From the human T2T-CHM13v2.0 reference genome, Homo sapiens: 64,000 nucleotides of DNA. The notes beneath the pieces are model-generated. The model was given only the letters and a program-made list of their open reading frames with translations, was not told the origin of the DNA and did not search any database. Both the position numbers and the translations under genes were made by a program. Numbering within the stretch: position 1 is the stretch's first letter; each line of letters opens with the position of its first letter. This document shows, one piece after another, positions 43,953 through 56,120 of this stretch. Location: NCBI GenBank assembly GCA_009914755.4, contig CP068257.2, positions 36,448,001-36,512,000 on the forward strand, written 5' to 3'.

Positions 43953-44872
43953 TTACAAGGGACTCGTACCTAGAATATGTAAAGAATTATTACAACTCAA
44001 TAATAGAAGGGTAAATAACTCACTTTTAAAAATTAGCAAAGGATTTGAATAGACAGTTCTTTTAAGGAGATATACAAATGGCCAATAAGCACATCAAGGG
44101 TTGCTTGACATCATCAGCCATCTGCAAAATCGAAATCAAATCCACAATGAGATACCACTTCACACCTGTGACGATGCCTATAACAAAAAAGATGGATAAA
44201 AACAGGTGTTGGCAAGAATACGGATGGAGAAACTGGAATCCTCATACACTGCTGCTATGAATGTAAAATGGTGCAGCCACTTTGGAAAACAGGGTGGCAA
44301 TTCCACTCCCAGGTATATACCAAGAGAAATGAAAACATACATCCACACGAAACCTTGTATACAAATGGCCATAGTAGCATTGTTCATAATAGCCAAAAAG
44401 TGGAAACTACCCAAATATTCATGAACTGATGAATGGATTTAAAAATGTGGTATATTCTTATAATGAAACATGCTTCCGTGATAAAAAAAAAAAAAAAGAA
44501 ATGAAGTGCTGACATGTGCTACAGCTGAGACAAATCTTGAAGACATGAAGCTAAGTGAAAGAAGCCAGTCACAAAGAACCCCATATGGTATGATTCTGTT
44601 TATATTAAATTTCCAAAATAAAGGAATTTATATAAAATGAAGTAGATTAATGCTTGCCTTGGGCTACAGGGGCTGGAGCAATTGAGGGTGATTTTTAAGG
44701 GGTGCAAGGTTTATTTGTATTGTCATGAAAATGTTCTAAAATTGATTGTTGTAATTGCAGAACTCTGTGAATATACTAAAAGTCATTGAATCATATACTT
44801 TAAATGGGTGGATTGTGTCACATATGAATTATTTCTCAATAGAGCTGTTTAAAAAAAAAAAAACAACTTGTT

Positions 44873-45163
44873 GGCCGGGCGCAGTGGCTCACACCTGTAA
44901 TCCTAGCACTTTGGGAGGCCAAGGCGGGCGGATCACGAGGTCAGAAGATCGAGACCATCTTGGCTAACACGGTGAAACACCATCTCTACTAAAAATACAA
45001 AAAAAAAAATAAAAAATAGCCAGGCGTTGTGGCAGGCGCCTGTAGTCCCAGCTACTCAGGAGGCTAAGGCAGGAGAATGACATGAACCCAGGAGGCGGAG
45101 CTTGCAGTGAGCCAAGATTGCGCCACTGCAGTCCAGCCTGGGCTACAGAGCGAGACTCCCTCT

Positions 45164-45199
<36 letters not shown>
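44873..45199 (+). mobile_element. Alu (AluS/Y-like) with about 35-nt pure poly-A tail, TSD about 'aacttgt'
   Basis: ggccgggcgcagtggctcacacctgtaatcctagcactttgggaggccaaggcgggcggatcacgaggtcagaagatcgagaccatc … ctccctctc(A)35. Confidence 0.95.
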
Positions 45200-45201
<2 letters not shown>

Positions 45202-45959
45202 TGTACTATGACTTCAACTTCCAAGTGGAATGTAGATGTTGTGATTGCCCAATGTTCCCAACACAATTACTGGACAAAAAGCCAGACAAATGACCAAAAT
45301 CTTGTTTCAAGTCGCCATACAGTTGTAGAAACAATAATTAGATGAACTGGAATTTCACAGGAGGAGACTTCTAGAACAGTAGGAATTTTGCTAATGTTTA
45401 GTAAGGCCTCATGATCAGATTTGGCCCACACCAGGGAGAGAAACCGGAGATGTTTTTGTTGGTCACTCAGGGCTGGTATGGGCGCAAAAGATTATATAAC
45501 TTGAGAAGCACAGACTTAATAGGTGTTTTCCCCAAGAAATTCTCTGTGTGCTGGAGATGAACATGGAGGACTCGAGAGCTAGGCTAAGGGTTCCTAAAAG
45601 ACAGAGTAAAATCTGCTTTATTCTCCAAGTGCTTGAGAGACTGTATTTCCCCAGAGGGACTGGGCCTACCAACTAGTCCTCCAAGATGTTTGCCACATTT
45701 AAAGCTGCAGGATATGGGAGCTAAAGATCCAAGCTCAAATCTAGATAGTGGATTTGCCACAGTCTTCCATGTTTGAGGGAGAGTGACCCACTAGTCTCTC
45801 AGCCCAAATCCTTGAAGGGTCTTCCTTGAGAAACAGGGAAGGACCAAAGATGGATGAGTCTTAGGAAAACTGCATATGTGTAATAGAACTAAGAGGGGAA
45901 GCGGGAGAGAGACAATGGGCCAAAAGCAACAACTGAAGATATAATGGCAAAGCATTTGC

Positions 45960-47035
45960 CAAAATGGATAAAATATTAATACATCAATTCAAAAATTCAA
46001 GAAACCCTAAGTAGCTCAGCAAACCCCAAGTAGGGTTTAAGAAAAAAGAAAATCATACTAAGGTACATTACAGTTAAACTGCTAAAACTTAGCAGATGAG
46101 CTCAAGTTTCTTTTCTGAAGCAAATTCATATCCTTAAATAGCCTTATTAAATAATAAATATTTAAAAATTTTAAAACTACTTATTCATCATAAGAAATTA
46201 AGAAAATAATAAAATCTAAGATTCACAGGAGATTGGGTTACCAAAAATAAATGCTGAAATTAAATTATCAAAAAAAGGGAAAACAGTTAAATTGATAAAT
46301 TAATAAATCTTAAAGGTGGTTATTTTAATAATAAAAACCCAACAAAAGACGTGTATTTACTTTCAATGTTTATTATTTTAATTAAATAAATTTGATTCAA
46401 ATTAAAAAGCACAAATGTGAGAGTGAAAAAATGACATGACTACAGATTCAAAGGAAACTACAAAAATAAGAGAAACTGCAAAAATATGCCTTCCATAAAT
46501 AAATTTGATAGTTTTAATGAAAAGTATAATTTCTGGCCAAATATAAATTATAATATTTTACTTAAGAAGTAGAATATCTGAATAGGCCTATTACTATGCA
46601 TATTACTAAAAGGATTATTCAGAAATTTTAAAATTTACTACAAGATTTTACAAGATTAGGTTGTATCACATAAAATTACTTTATGCTATATATAATAGAG
46701 TACATATGCATAATAATTGGCTATATTTGAATCTCAATTTATTTTTGACATTAAATTAACTTGTTACCAAGCTTGAGAAAGCACTACAACCATGCAACTA
46801 AAAAAATAGCACATGCGACACTCTCACTTATGAATATAGGTGCAAAAATTCTAAAGGAAATTCTAACAAATCAATTTCAATGCTAAATAAAAATAAGGCC
46901 ATACCATTTTAAGTAGAATTATTCTAGGTATGCAGACTTACTTCACACTAGGCAATCTATCAGTTGAATTGATATAGCTACAGTTCAAAGGGAAAACTAC
47001 ACAATTATTTCTACCCATGCTGAAAACACATTAAT
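45960..47035 (+). mobile_element. Old L1 fragment in sense orientation (ORF2 5' region), no poly-A
   Basis: A-rich. '…ggtgcaaaaattctaaaggaaattctaacaaatcaatttcaatgctaaataaaaataaggcc…' resembles the L1 ORF2 'gatgcaaaaatcctcaacaaaatactagcaaaccgaat' region. Confidence 0.45.
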
Positions 47036-47039
47036 AATT

Positions 47040-48340
47040 AAGATACATTTAAAAATTAATAAGCTTTATGTTTTAGAGTAGTTTTAGCTTTACAGATATA
47101 TTGAGTAGAAAATACAAAGTTCCCATATACTCCCTCTCCCTACCACAGTTTCCTCTATTATCAATATCTTGCATTGATGTGGCACATTTATTATAATTGA
47201 TGAGCCAATATTGATACACTATTATTAACTAAAATCAATAGGTTACTTTAGGTTTCACTCTTGGTATTTACATTCTAGGGATTTTGACAAGTGTATAGTG
47301 ATGAGTACCCACCACTAAAGTATCTTACGTAATAATAGTTTCACTGCCTTAAAAATCCCCCTTGTACTACCTATTCATCTCTCCCTGTCCTCCAGTCCCC
47401 AGCAACCACTCATCTTTTTACTGTCTCCAAAGTTTTGCCTTTTCCAAAACGTCATAGAGTAGGAATCATACAATATGTAGCCTTTTCAGATTGGCTTCTT
47501 TCACTTAACAACATGTGTTTAAGGCTCCTCCATGTCTTTTTGTGGCTTGACAACTCATTTCTTTTCATTACTAAATAGTATTCCATTGTATGGATGTGGA
47601 TGTACCATAGTTTATTTGTCCAGTCACCTATTAAAACACATCTGGGTTGCTTCTAAATGTCGGTAGTTAAGAGGAAAGCTGCTGTAAACATTCATGTCCA
47701 GGTTTTTTTTTCTGTATGTAAGTTTCTAATTCATATGGGTAAATATGAGGGAGTGTTACTACTGAGTAGGAGTATGCCTAATTTTGTAAGAAACTGCCAA
47801 AATCACTTTCCAAGTGGCCATACCATTTTGCATTCCCACTAGCAATGAGTAAGAGGATCTGCTGCACAACATTCTCATCAGCATTTGGTGGTGTTTATGT
47901 TTGGGATTTTGGTCATTCTAATGGGTGTGTAGTAATATCTCGTTTTAATTTGAAAGTCTCTAATGATGTTGAGCATCTTTCCACAAGCTTATTTTCCATC
48001 TGTATATCTTCTTTGGTAAGGTATCTGTTGAGATCTTTTGCCTATTTTTTAATTGGACTGTTTGTTTCTTACTATTGAGTTTTAAGAGTTCTTTGTATAT
48101 CTTAAATACTAGCCTGCATCTGACATATGTTTCACAAAATCCTCCCAGTCTATGGCTTATTTTTTCATTCTCTGAACAGTGTCATTTACAGAACAGAAGT
48201 TTGAAATTTTAACAAAGTCCAACTTATCAATTTTTTTATGGATTGTGCTTTTGGATTTAAGAAGTCATTGCCAAATTCAAGGTCATTGAAATATTCTCCT
48301 ATTTTACCTTCTCAGCATTTTACAAGATATATTTTTAATT
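47040..48340 (-). mobile_element. Old L1 (L1M-type) 3' end and ORF2 C-terminus in antisense orientation
   Basis: 'aagctttatgttttagagtagttttagctttacagatatattgagtagaaaatacaaagttcccatatactccc…' is the antisense of the L1M 3' terminus, followed by '…ctaaatagtattccattgtatggatgtggatgtaccatagtttatttgtccagtcacct…' and '…ccataccattttgcattcccactagcaatg…tcattctaatgggtgtgtagtaatatctcgttttaatttg…'. Confidence 0.75.
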
Positions 48341-48589
48341 AAAAACAAATAGATGCTCTGAATCAGTCATGGTCCCCACAAGGATTTTTAATAGAAACTG
48401 TAAGGAAAAGACAACTTACAATGGGCTTGGTAAGGTTAAGGAAATATATAAGGGATAATGCTTGCAACCATGATAAGCTGTCATCACCCAGGTCAAAAGG
48501 AAAAAAGGGAGGAGCTAGTGCTGGGACCCAGTGTGGAGGCTATGGTGAAGAAGCTATTATTGTGAACTCCACTACTACTATAGGTTTCA

Positions 48590-49332
<743 letters not shown>

Positions 49333-49340
49333 TTTGGTGG

Positions 49341-49360
49341 TCCATATGGAGACCTCTCCC
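49341..49360 (+). promoter_or_regulatory. Primer-binding-site-like sequence immediately 3' of the 5' LTR (best match tRNA-Ile, CpG-decayed)
   Basis: 'tggtggtccatatggagacc' compared with the complement of the tRNA-Ile 3' end 'TGGTGGCCCGTACGGGGATC'. The four mismatches are all C>T or G>A at former CpG positions. Confidence 0.4.
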
Positions 49361-50140
49361 CTATTCACTGTTTTTTCTCTTCTCCAACTCCAACCTCTTA
49401 GTGGACAGCATCCAAGCCTGGAGACATCTGATGGCCCCCCACTGCAGCTACTCCCTGGTGGATCAGAAGGTCCCAGTGGAAAGAAGTTTGACCGTCACTG
49501 CCCGATCGAGTGAGAGTTTAGAGTTTACTTTCCTTTCCCGTCTTCTGGTGGACAAACTCTAGTATCCCTCTAGCAGCTGATGGCCACTGGCCAGGGCCAT
49601 TCCCTGGTGTGGCCTAAAGGCCAAGGAGTGAACCAGGTTTGGCTGCTTTGCTTGGAAGGGAGGATGGCTCTCTCCTAACCCTTCTGGTCAAAAGTCCCCA
49701 GTCCCTACATGCAGCACAATAGGCAGCGGCAGCTTGACCAGGGCAAACGCACACACATTTTGGGGAACTCAGACCCCGTCCTTCTCACTCTAAATTTCTC
49801 CTGTGAAGAAAGCCAGCCATCCTTTTCTGGACATTTTAAGCAACATGATCCCAAATAGCACCAGAACAGTGAGCCTTCCCTCAACCTTTGCCCCTTATAC
49901 CTGGATTCAGCACCCAGTATAATTCATACGTGGACTGACCTGGGGCTGCTCACCCTGTGTTCATCCATCCAGTGTAAGGCTCTCATGCTGGGAGGTCCTT
50001 TCTAATAGGTGGGATGCCCCTTTGGAAAGTGCCTCTCAAGGCTCCTCAGTGGACATAAGTGGAACCCCCTTTCCTTGGCTGGAGGCCCCAAGAGAAATTG
50101 TGGTTTGTGTCCCCAGTAGACATTCTTTTCCAATCCCCCC

Positions 50141-50338
50141 ATGGGACAAAGCCCTTCCATTCTCTCAGACTCACCGATGGGCTGCATTCTAAAACATTGG
50201 GATAAACTTGACTCCCAGACTCTCAAAAGGAAACATCGAATTTTCTTGTGTAATACAGCATGGCCACTTTATAAACTTCCAGATCAGGAATCCTACTGGC
50301 TTCCAAATGGGACCTCTGCCCCCAGTAGTATTTTATAG
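50141..50338 (+). pseudogene. Retroviral gag N-terminus (matrix) remnant, class I HERV-like
   Basis: ORF MGQSPSILSDSPMGCILKHWDKLDSQTLKRKHRIFLCNTAWPLYKLPDQESYWLPNGTSAPSSIL*. The N-terminal Gly after Met and the …CILxxWD…DxQTL(K/R)KKxxIFFC(N/S)TAWPQYxL…W(L)PxNGT… pattern are recalled from HERV-H/W/ERV9-group gag matrix sequences. Confidence 0.65.
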
Positions 50339-50439
50339 GTTGACCTCTTTGGTCATAATTCTTCTAAACGGCTTGAGATTCCTTATATCTGAGGTTGTGT
50401 AACTCTTTCTAAGTTTGCTCTCCTCTCCCTTACATGGTT

Positions 50440-50640
50440 CCTTCCTTTACTAGGACAGCTGCATTTATACTTCTACTTCTCCTCTTCAGTCCTTTGTCTC
50501 TTTAATTTACTGGTTAAATTTGTTTCTTCCAGAATGTAGCAATTCCACAGCAAACTCCTAATGATGCAAGGATATCAGCCAATCACCCTCAGAAAACCCC
50601 ATGAATCTCCTCTAGACTCACTAGATATCAATTCCATATT
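50440..50640 (+). pseudogene. Retroviral env C-terminal (TM cytoplasmic tail) remnant
   Basis: Frame-2 translation …LLGQLHLYFYFSSSVLCLFNLLVKFVSSRM*…KLLMMQGYQP…SPLD resembles the syncytin/HERV-W-group env tail …GPCIFNLLVNFVSSRIEAVKLQMEPKMQS…RRPLDRP. Confidence 0.5.
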
Positions 50641-50839
50641 AACACGCTCTTTCTTCCTGAGTTCTATCCTCCAGCAGCATTTAATAGACTAAGTCCCATA
50701 ACTCAGGACAATAACCCACAGGGTCCCCTAACAGACCGATAATCACAGGTAGGGCCCACACTGTGCCCACAGTCAGCAGGAAGCAGTTGGAAGATAAGAC
50801 CTCCATACCAATGCCAAAGATTTGTCATTGTTGTTCTGT

Positions 50840-51225
50840 CAGCGGGGAACATGGAGTCCTGGTAAGTTAATAGATACAAGAAAAGGGCTCTAGCTGGCAG
50901 GAACAGGAATGAGGATTGGGGAGAGCCACTGTTCTAAGAGATGGCTGACAAGCCATTTTTCTGAGAAACACCTAACCACAAACAACCTACTTGCACAACA
51001 TCCTGTTCCCAAATACCTTGTTCCACAGGTAGCCCCAGCAGCATGACCCTATCTGTACATAGCCTCTCCAGCATAACCTTATCAAACTTCTCTGCTGTGC
51101 TGCCTGTTGCTCTCTTGTATCTTTGTACTTTCTCTAACAAATCTGACTTTCTTAACCCACAACTGTCTTGGTAAATTCCTTTACTGCCTGTAACACCAGC
51201 CCCAGCCTATCACACCTGTGACAGA
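50840..51225 (+). mobile_element. 3' LTR of the degenerate ERV
   Basis: Direct repeat of the 5' LTR: 'ggcaggaacagga…gagagccactgttctaagagatggctgacaagccatttttctgagaa…cttgcacaacatcctgttcccaaataccttgtt…ctgtcttggtaaattcctttactgcctgtaacaccagccccagcctatcacacc'. Confidence 0.7.
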
Positions 51226-51469
51226 TGGAGAGGATGAAGTACCTTTACTTCTCTCTCCTCACCCTCAATAGCATGCCAGTGATCCTTGCTGGCCAAACAC
51301 AATCAGAGGGCAGCCAGCAAGGGAGCCTGGGGGCTGCTGTCTGCATGGGTGATCATCCTGGGGCACAGGCAGAGCCAACATGAGTAGGCTATCCCTGTGA
51401 GAGAGGGCACATGGAGCATGAGGACCACAGCTCTTTGTGTAACCAAAAATTAGTGTTCCACACTCTAGA

Positions 51470-51642
51470 CTCTTGCAGACCAAGGGTTGAAGCTGAGCTC
51501 TAGCACTCATTGGAAAGTTGATGTCTTTAAGCCTCTGCATTTTATGTGTAATTAGGATTAATAACAGTGCTACATTATAGATATTAAGATGACTATTTAT
51601 ATTAAATGTTTGTGAAGTATTAATGAGTGCTTAGTAAATGCT
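51470..51642 (+). mobile_element. MIR 3'-end fragment
   Basis: '…taattaggattaataacagtgctacattatagatattaagatgactatttatattaaatgtttgtgaagtattaatgagtgcttagtaaatgctag' resembles the MIR tail '…ggattaaatgagataatgcatgtaaagcgcttagcacagtgcctggcacatagtaagcgctcaataaatg'. Confidence 0.45.
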
Positions 51643-52142
51643 AGCTGCTATCACTACTGCTGCCACTACTATCAAAACTACTACCATTACTACTACTAAT
51701 AACATAACTACTATTGTCACTACTATTACCACTACCATTAGTACTACCACCACTATCATCACTACCATCACTACTAATACTATCATTACCACTACTATTA
51801 CCATTACCACGACTATCATTACTACTACTACCACCTCCACCATTACTACTAATGCTATCATTACTACTACTGCTTCTATAATTACTACTCCTACTCCTAC
51901 CATTACTACTACTAGTAGTATCACCATTACTACTACTACTATCATTACTATTACCACCACCATTACTACTATCATTACTACTACTACCACCACCATTACT
52001 ACTACTGCTGTCATTACTACTACTGCTACTATTTACTCCTACCGTTACTACTACTACCACCACCACCATTACTACTACTATCATTGCTACTATTACTACT
52101 GCCATCATTACTATTACTACTATTAGTTTAGTCATTATTATC
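51643..52142. repeat. 500-bp imperfect trinucleotide array, (TAC)n/(ACT)n with CAT/CAC/TGC variants
   Basis: 'ctgctatcactactgctgccactactatcaaaactactaccattactactactaataacataactactattgtcactactattaccactaccatt…' read directly. This generates the 127-184-aa artefactual ORFs (poly-V/I/M, poly-T/I, poly-S/N). Confidence 0.9.
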
Positions 52143-52660
52143 AGAGGCGAGGAGAAGCAGGCAGCATAACCAAGAACATAAGTATTATTTCTCAATATGA
52201 GACAGAATCTCTATATTAAATTAATAGCCAAAGCCATACCCAGGAATGAAATATTTACATGTTCTCACTGAAACCAAGAACCAAATAACCAGAGGATTGC
52301 TACCATCATTATCATTGAATGTTCTAGAAATTTTAGCCAACATATTAAGATATGCAACATTAGGAAAGAGAAAAAGTTTACCTTTTTTGGTTAACATTTA
52401 CAAAATATGATGGTTCTCTGCCAAGAAAATCACTCCCCCATTTAAAAATTAAGTGGCTAAACACAAAATGAATGTATAAAATTTAACGGTTGTTCTGAAA
52501 ACTAGGATAAAACTATTCATAATATTTAATGAAGATAATTTTCCACTTACAATAGCAACACAAACTATTAAGTGCCTACATAGCTTTATATATAATTTTG
52601 CAAACAATATAAAGGCTAGTAAAAAATAAAAACAAAAAACTTATAACTACATTAAGAAAA

Positions 52661-52850
52661 CTGGGCACAGTGGCTCATGCTGGTAATCTCAGAACTTTGG
52701 GAGGCTGAGGCAGGAGGATCGTTTGAGGCCAGGAGTTGGAGACTAGCCTGGGCATCATTGCAAGATCACATTTTTACAAAAAAAAAAAAAAATAGGCACG
52801 CATAGAGGCATGTGCCTGTAGTCTGTTTACTTGGGAGGCTACAGGTAGCT
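52661..52850 (+). mobile_element. Partial, diverged Alu (left monomer + start of right arm)
   Basis: ctgggcacagtggctcatgctggtaatctcagaactttgggaggctgaggcaggaggatcgtttgaggccaggagttggagactagcctgggcatcattgcaagat…(A)n…catgtgcctgtagtctgtttacttgggaggct. Confidence 0.7.
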
Positions 52851-53039
52851 AGACTACAGTAATGGTAGTAGTAGTCATGGTAGTAGTAGCAAAAATGACA
52901 TTGGAAAAATGTCGATTTTTTCCAAATTCATTTATAGGATTAACACAATTGCACTTAAACTTCCACTGAGATTTATTATTAAATGTGTTCAAGTAAAACT
53001 AAGATTCATCTAGAAGAATGAATTTATAAGTAGAGCTCA

Positions 53040-53460
53040 GAAAAAATTTTTTAAATGCAAAACAGAAAAGATTAACCAGTGAGATTTGCCCTGTTATATA
53101 TAGAAACATAACACTAATATAGACAAAATATGTGGTTTTGGCACAAGAATAGATTATTGGAACAATGAAATGAAACAGAAACTCTGGGAAAAGAATACCT
53201 ACATTAATATAATGAAGTAAACCCAGACATGTATTCTGACACATTACCCCCAAAGAAATACCAGGTGGATTAAATATTTAAATGTCAAAAATAAGCCACC
53301 ATAAAAATCTTAGAAGAATATGCAGCAGAATATTTGTGTATCTCACAGTGAAAAGAGGGTTTTACAAGTATAAAGGTAATACAAAATAGAACAGAAAATT
53401 GATATGACAACATGAAAGAAAACCTTTTATATTTCAAAAGTCAGCTTTCAGTTTTTCCCA
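53040..53460 (+). mobile_element. Old L1 ORF2 fragment, sense orientation
   Basis: A-rich. '…gacaaaatatgtggttttggcacaagaatagattattggaacaatgaaatgaaacagaaactctgggaaaag…caaaaataagccaccataaaaatcttagaagaatatgcagcagaatatttgtgtatctcac' resembles the L1 ORF2 '…gaacagaatagagagcccagaaataaa…' region. Confidence 0.4.
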
Positions 53461-54985
53461 GTAACAGCCATTGTTTATAACCTTGGGGTCTAAGTTTCCA
53501 GGCTTGTATTGGAACAGGATTAGAAAAGGAATTATACTATACATTGGGTGACTGTGTCATCACCCTCTAGGATGATTTCTTCTTGGAATGAGACTTAAGA
53601 TACCATAGTTCTACTTTCATTGTGCATTGATACATTAAGTCATTTATAACATTTCCCAAAACTCCAATCTGGAGAACTTTCTCTATCACCAGGGCATTGC
53701 TTTGGAATTCAGGGAGGCCTGAGTTCTGGATGGGAATGGGAGTGAGATGGTCCAGTGAATGTTAACAGTCACTATTATTATCCTTATTTTACAGAGGAGG
53801 AATATTCTGCTCCTTTATGAGCCAACATTTACTTTCTCTGAATTAAATGTTACTGGTTTCTTATTTATAGACAGCAGAGATTGACTGGGCACACTTTCCC
53901 CCACAGTTTCCAAGACTCTGTAATTATATGCAAAATAGTAAAATTAAATTCAATCTAGATGAATCCATATTTCAATAAGGATATTAGTGACTTAGGTCTA
54001 AAAATTAAAATTAGACTCGTCAATCCTGTTATGCTTTCCATTCAAATGTTTTTCCTAAACAGCAACAACAACAAAAACCTGATTTCCTAATAGTCCATTT
54101 AGCTTTTATTTCATGCCATTTACAAAGTTTAGGCAACATAAATGCACTTTATGCATATCTCTGTCCCATATCTCAGTCTAGATAGTTGTCTAGATAATTT
54201 TCTAGACAACCTAGATAATCAATGGGAAGGCTGAATGGCAGAGCAGAAAAACCATGTCTTCAGGGTCTGAACTATTGAGAGTAAGTATCATCTCCACCAC
54301 TTAACAACTGTACAACTCTGGGAAGATGTGCTGGGCAAGCCCTTTCAGTCTTGTTGGCTTACCCAGTAGTCAGGATTTGTTGCAAGAATACAGTGCCAGC
54401 TGTGTTCCAGCCACTGCTCTCAGGGTACTGTTCCCTTTCCCTTTATATGTTCTGATATTTCTCCCATAGCTACCAACCAGCCCATTCTTCCAGTCTTTCT
54501 CTGTTCAGATGCTAATGGGAGAGAGTTGATGGTCTTAGATAGTCACCATAATCCCTTTAGAGCAGAGATTTGTTGTAGAAGCCAGGCCACTTTGAAGGAC
54601 ACAGGCTGCCTGATATTCTGGCTGCCCTTGGGTCAGATCTCATCCCTGGCCAAAGTGGTGCCACCACTTTCTCAATGATTGCTTATTTCTCCCTCCTTCA
54701 ACATGCTTTAGAAGGCAGCGTTTCCCTTAGAGGAGCACAGTGGGCTGGGCAGCAACAGTGGATGACGTGCGTATTACGGCACTGCTGGGTATCATCATAA
54801 CCAACATGAACTTGTGGCTTGTTCTTACAATGCGCCAGACGTCTCATGAAACATTCAACGTTTCTTAATTCACCCTCACAACCAGAATGAGGTAAGTGTT
54901 GTTCTTATTCTTATTATTTGATATTTTATAGATAAAGAGAAGCTTACAGCATGAAATAACTTTCTCAAAATGATAAGATCAGTAA

Positions 54986-55285
<300 letters not shown>

Positions 55286-55599
55286 CTGCCCGGCCAGTAA
55301 GCGGAATATTCAATTGGATTCCAGAGTTTATGCTTTTAGCTATCAAGCTATACTCTTTCTCACTATATTTCCCTGAGCTTTGGTTTCCTTATCTATAAAA
55401 CTGGAACCGCACTGCCTGTTTGCCTTTAGAGCTATAGGTAATAAATGTTATGCATTTATTATGGTAAATAACATGTAGTAGAGCAAAGCATGGAAATTCA
55501 GGAAGTAACAAAGAGCAGTCATAAGAATGTCTATGTGGTAAATCTAGATAAAAATTACTTGTATACACATTTACAGTAGCGCCTTTAAAACACACACCG

Positions 55600-56120
55600 A
55601 TAGCACTTTAGTAAGTCAAGAATGCATGTTGCACCAATTAGAGAAAACACCAATTTTTTAAAAAAACATATAAATAACAAGCTAATAGAAGAAGAAATGT
55701 AATTAGAAAAATTTAAATAAGCCCAAAAACTTTAAGGAAGGACAAAAAAAATCATAGAACAGAGAAAATAGGAATCAATGGTAAGATGGTAGATTTAACC
55801 TTGAATTACAGTAAATATAAACAGACTAAATATTGAAATTGAAATATAAAGCTCATCAGAGAAGGTAATAATATCAAGCAAAGCTAAACAAGCTGCTTAC
55901 TTTAAATATAAAGATATCGACAGGTTGAAAGTAAGTAAGGGATGGTAAAACTACTATGCAAAGCAAAAGTTACAAAACCAAAGCAAAGACTGGCTCGTTT
56001 CAGAATAATCAACGTTTCAGGTTTAATATGAAATAATCGTAAATTTGTTTATACCTAATAACATAGCCATAAAATAAAAATTGACAGATAAACAATCATG
56101 TTAAGAGCCTGTATAAGCCA
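55600..56120 (+). mobile_element. A-rich old L1-like sense fragment (ORF2 5' region), low confidence
   Basis: Composition plus motifs such as 'ataaagatatcgacaggttgaaagtaag' and 'caaaactactatgcaaagcaaaag' are reminiscent of the L1 ORF2 N-terminal coding strand. Not aligned in detail. Confidence 0.3.

Larger units (their letters stand above)
42450..44863 (+). mobile_element. Old L1 (L1MA/L1PB-type) ORF2 3' part and 3' end with poly-A, split by a nested MITE + LTR (43172-43952)
   Basis: '…ggacatcatcaaaattaaaaacttatgtgtttcaaagaatgccatcaagaaagtgaaaggaaaatccacataatgggagaaaatttttacaaatcatgtatcttataaag' and then '|ttacaagggactcgtacctagaatatgtaaagaattattacaactcaataatag…' resume the same ORF2 sequence. 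The 3' end reads '…tggaaactacccaaatattcatgaactgatgaatggatttaaaaatgtggtatat…(A)13'. Confidence 0.75.

Noticed and set aside
51631-52195. Three overlapping ORFs of 127-184 aa (poly-V/I/M; poly-T/I; poly-S/N/G) on both strands
   Set aside because: They coincide exactly with the (TAC)n-type triplet array. Any frame of a pure trinucleotide repeat is open. The composition is non-protein-like.
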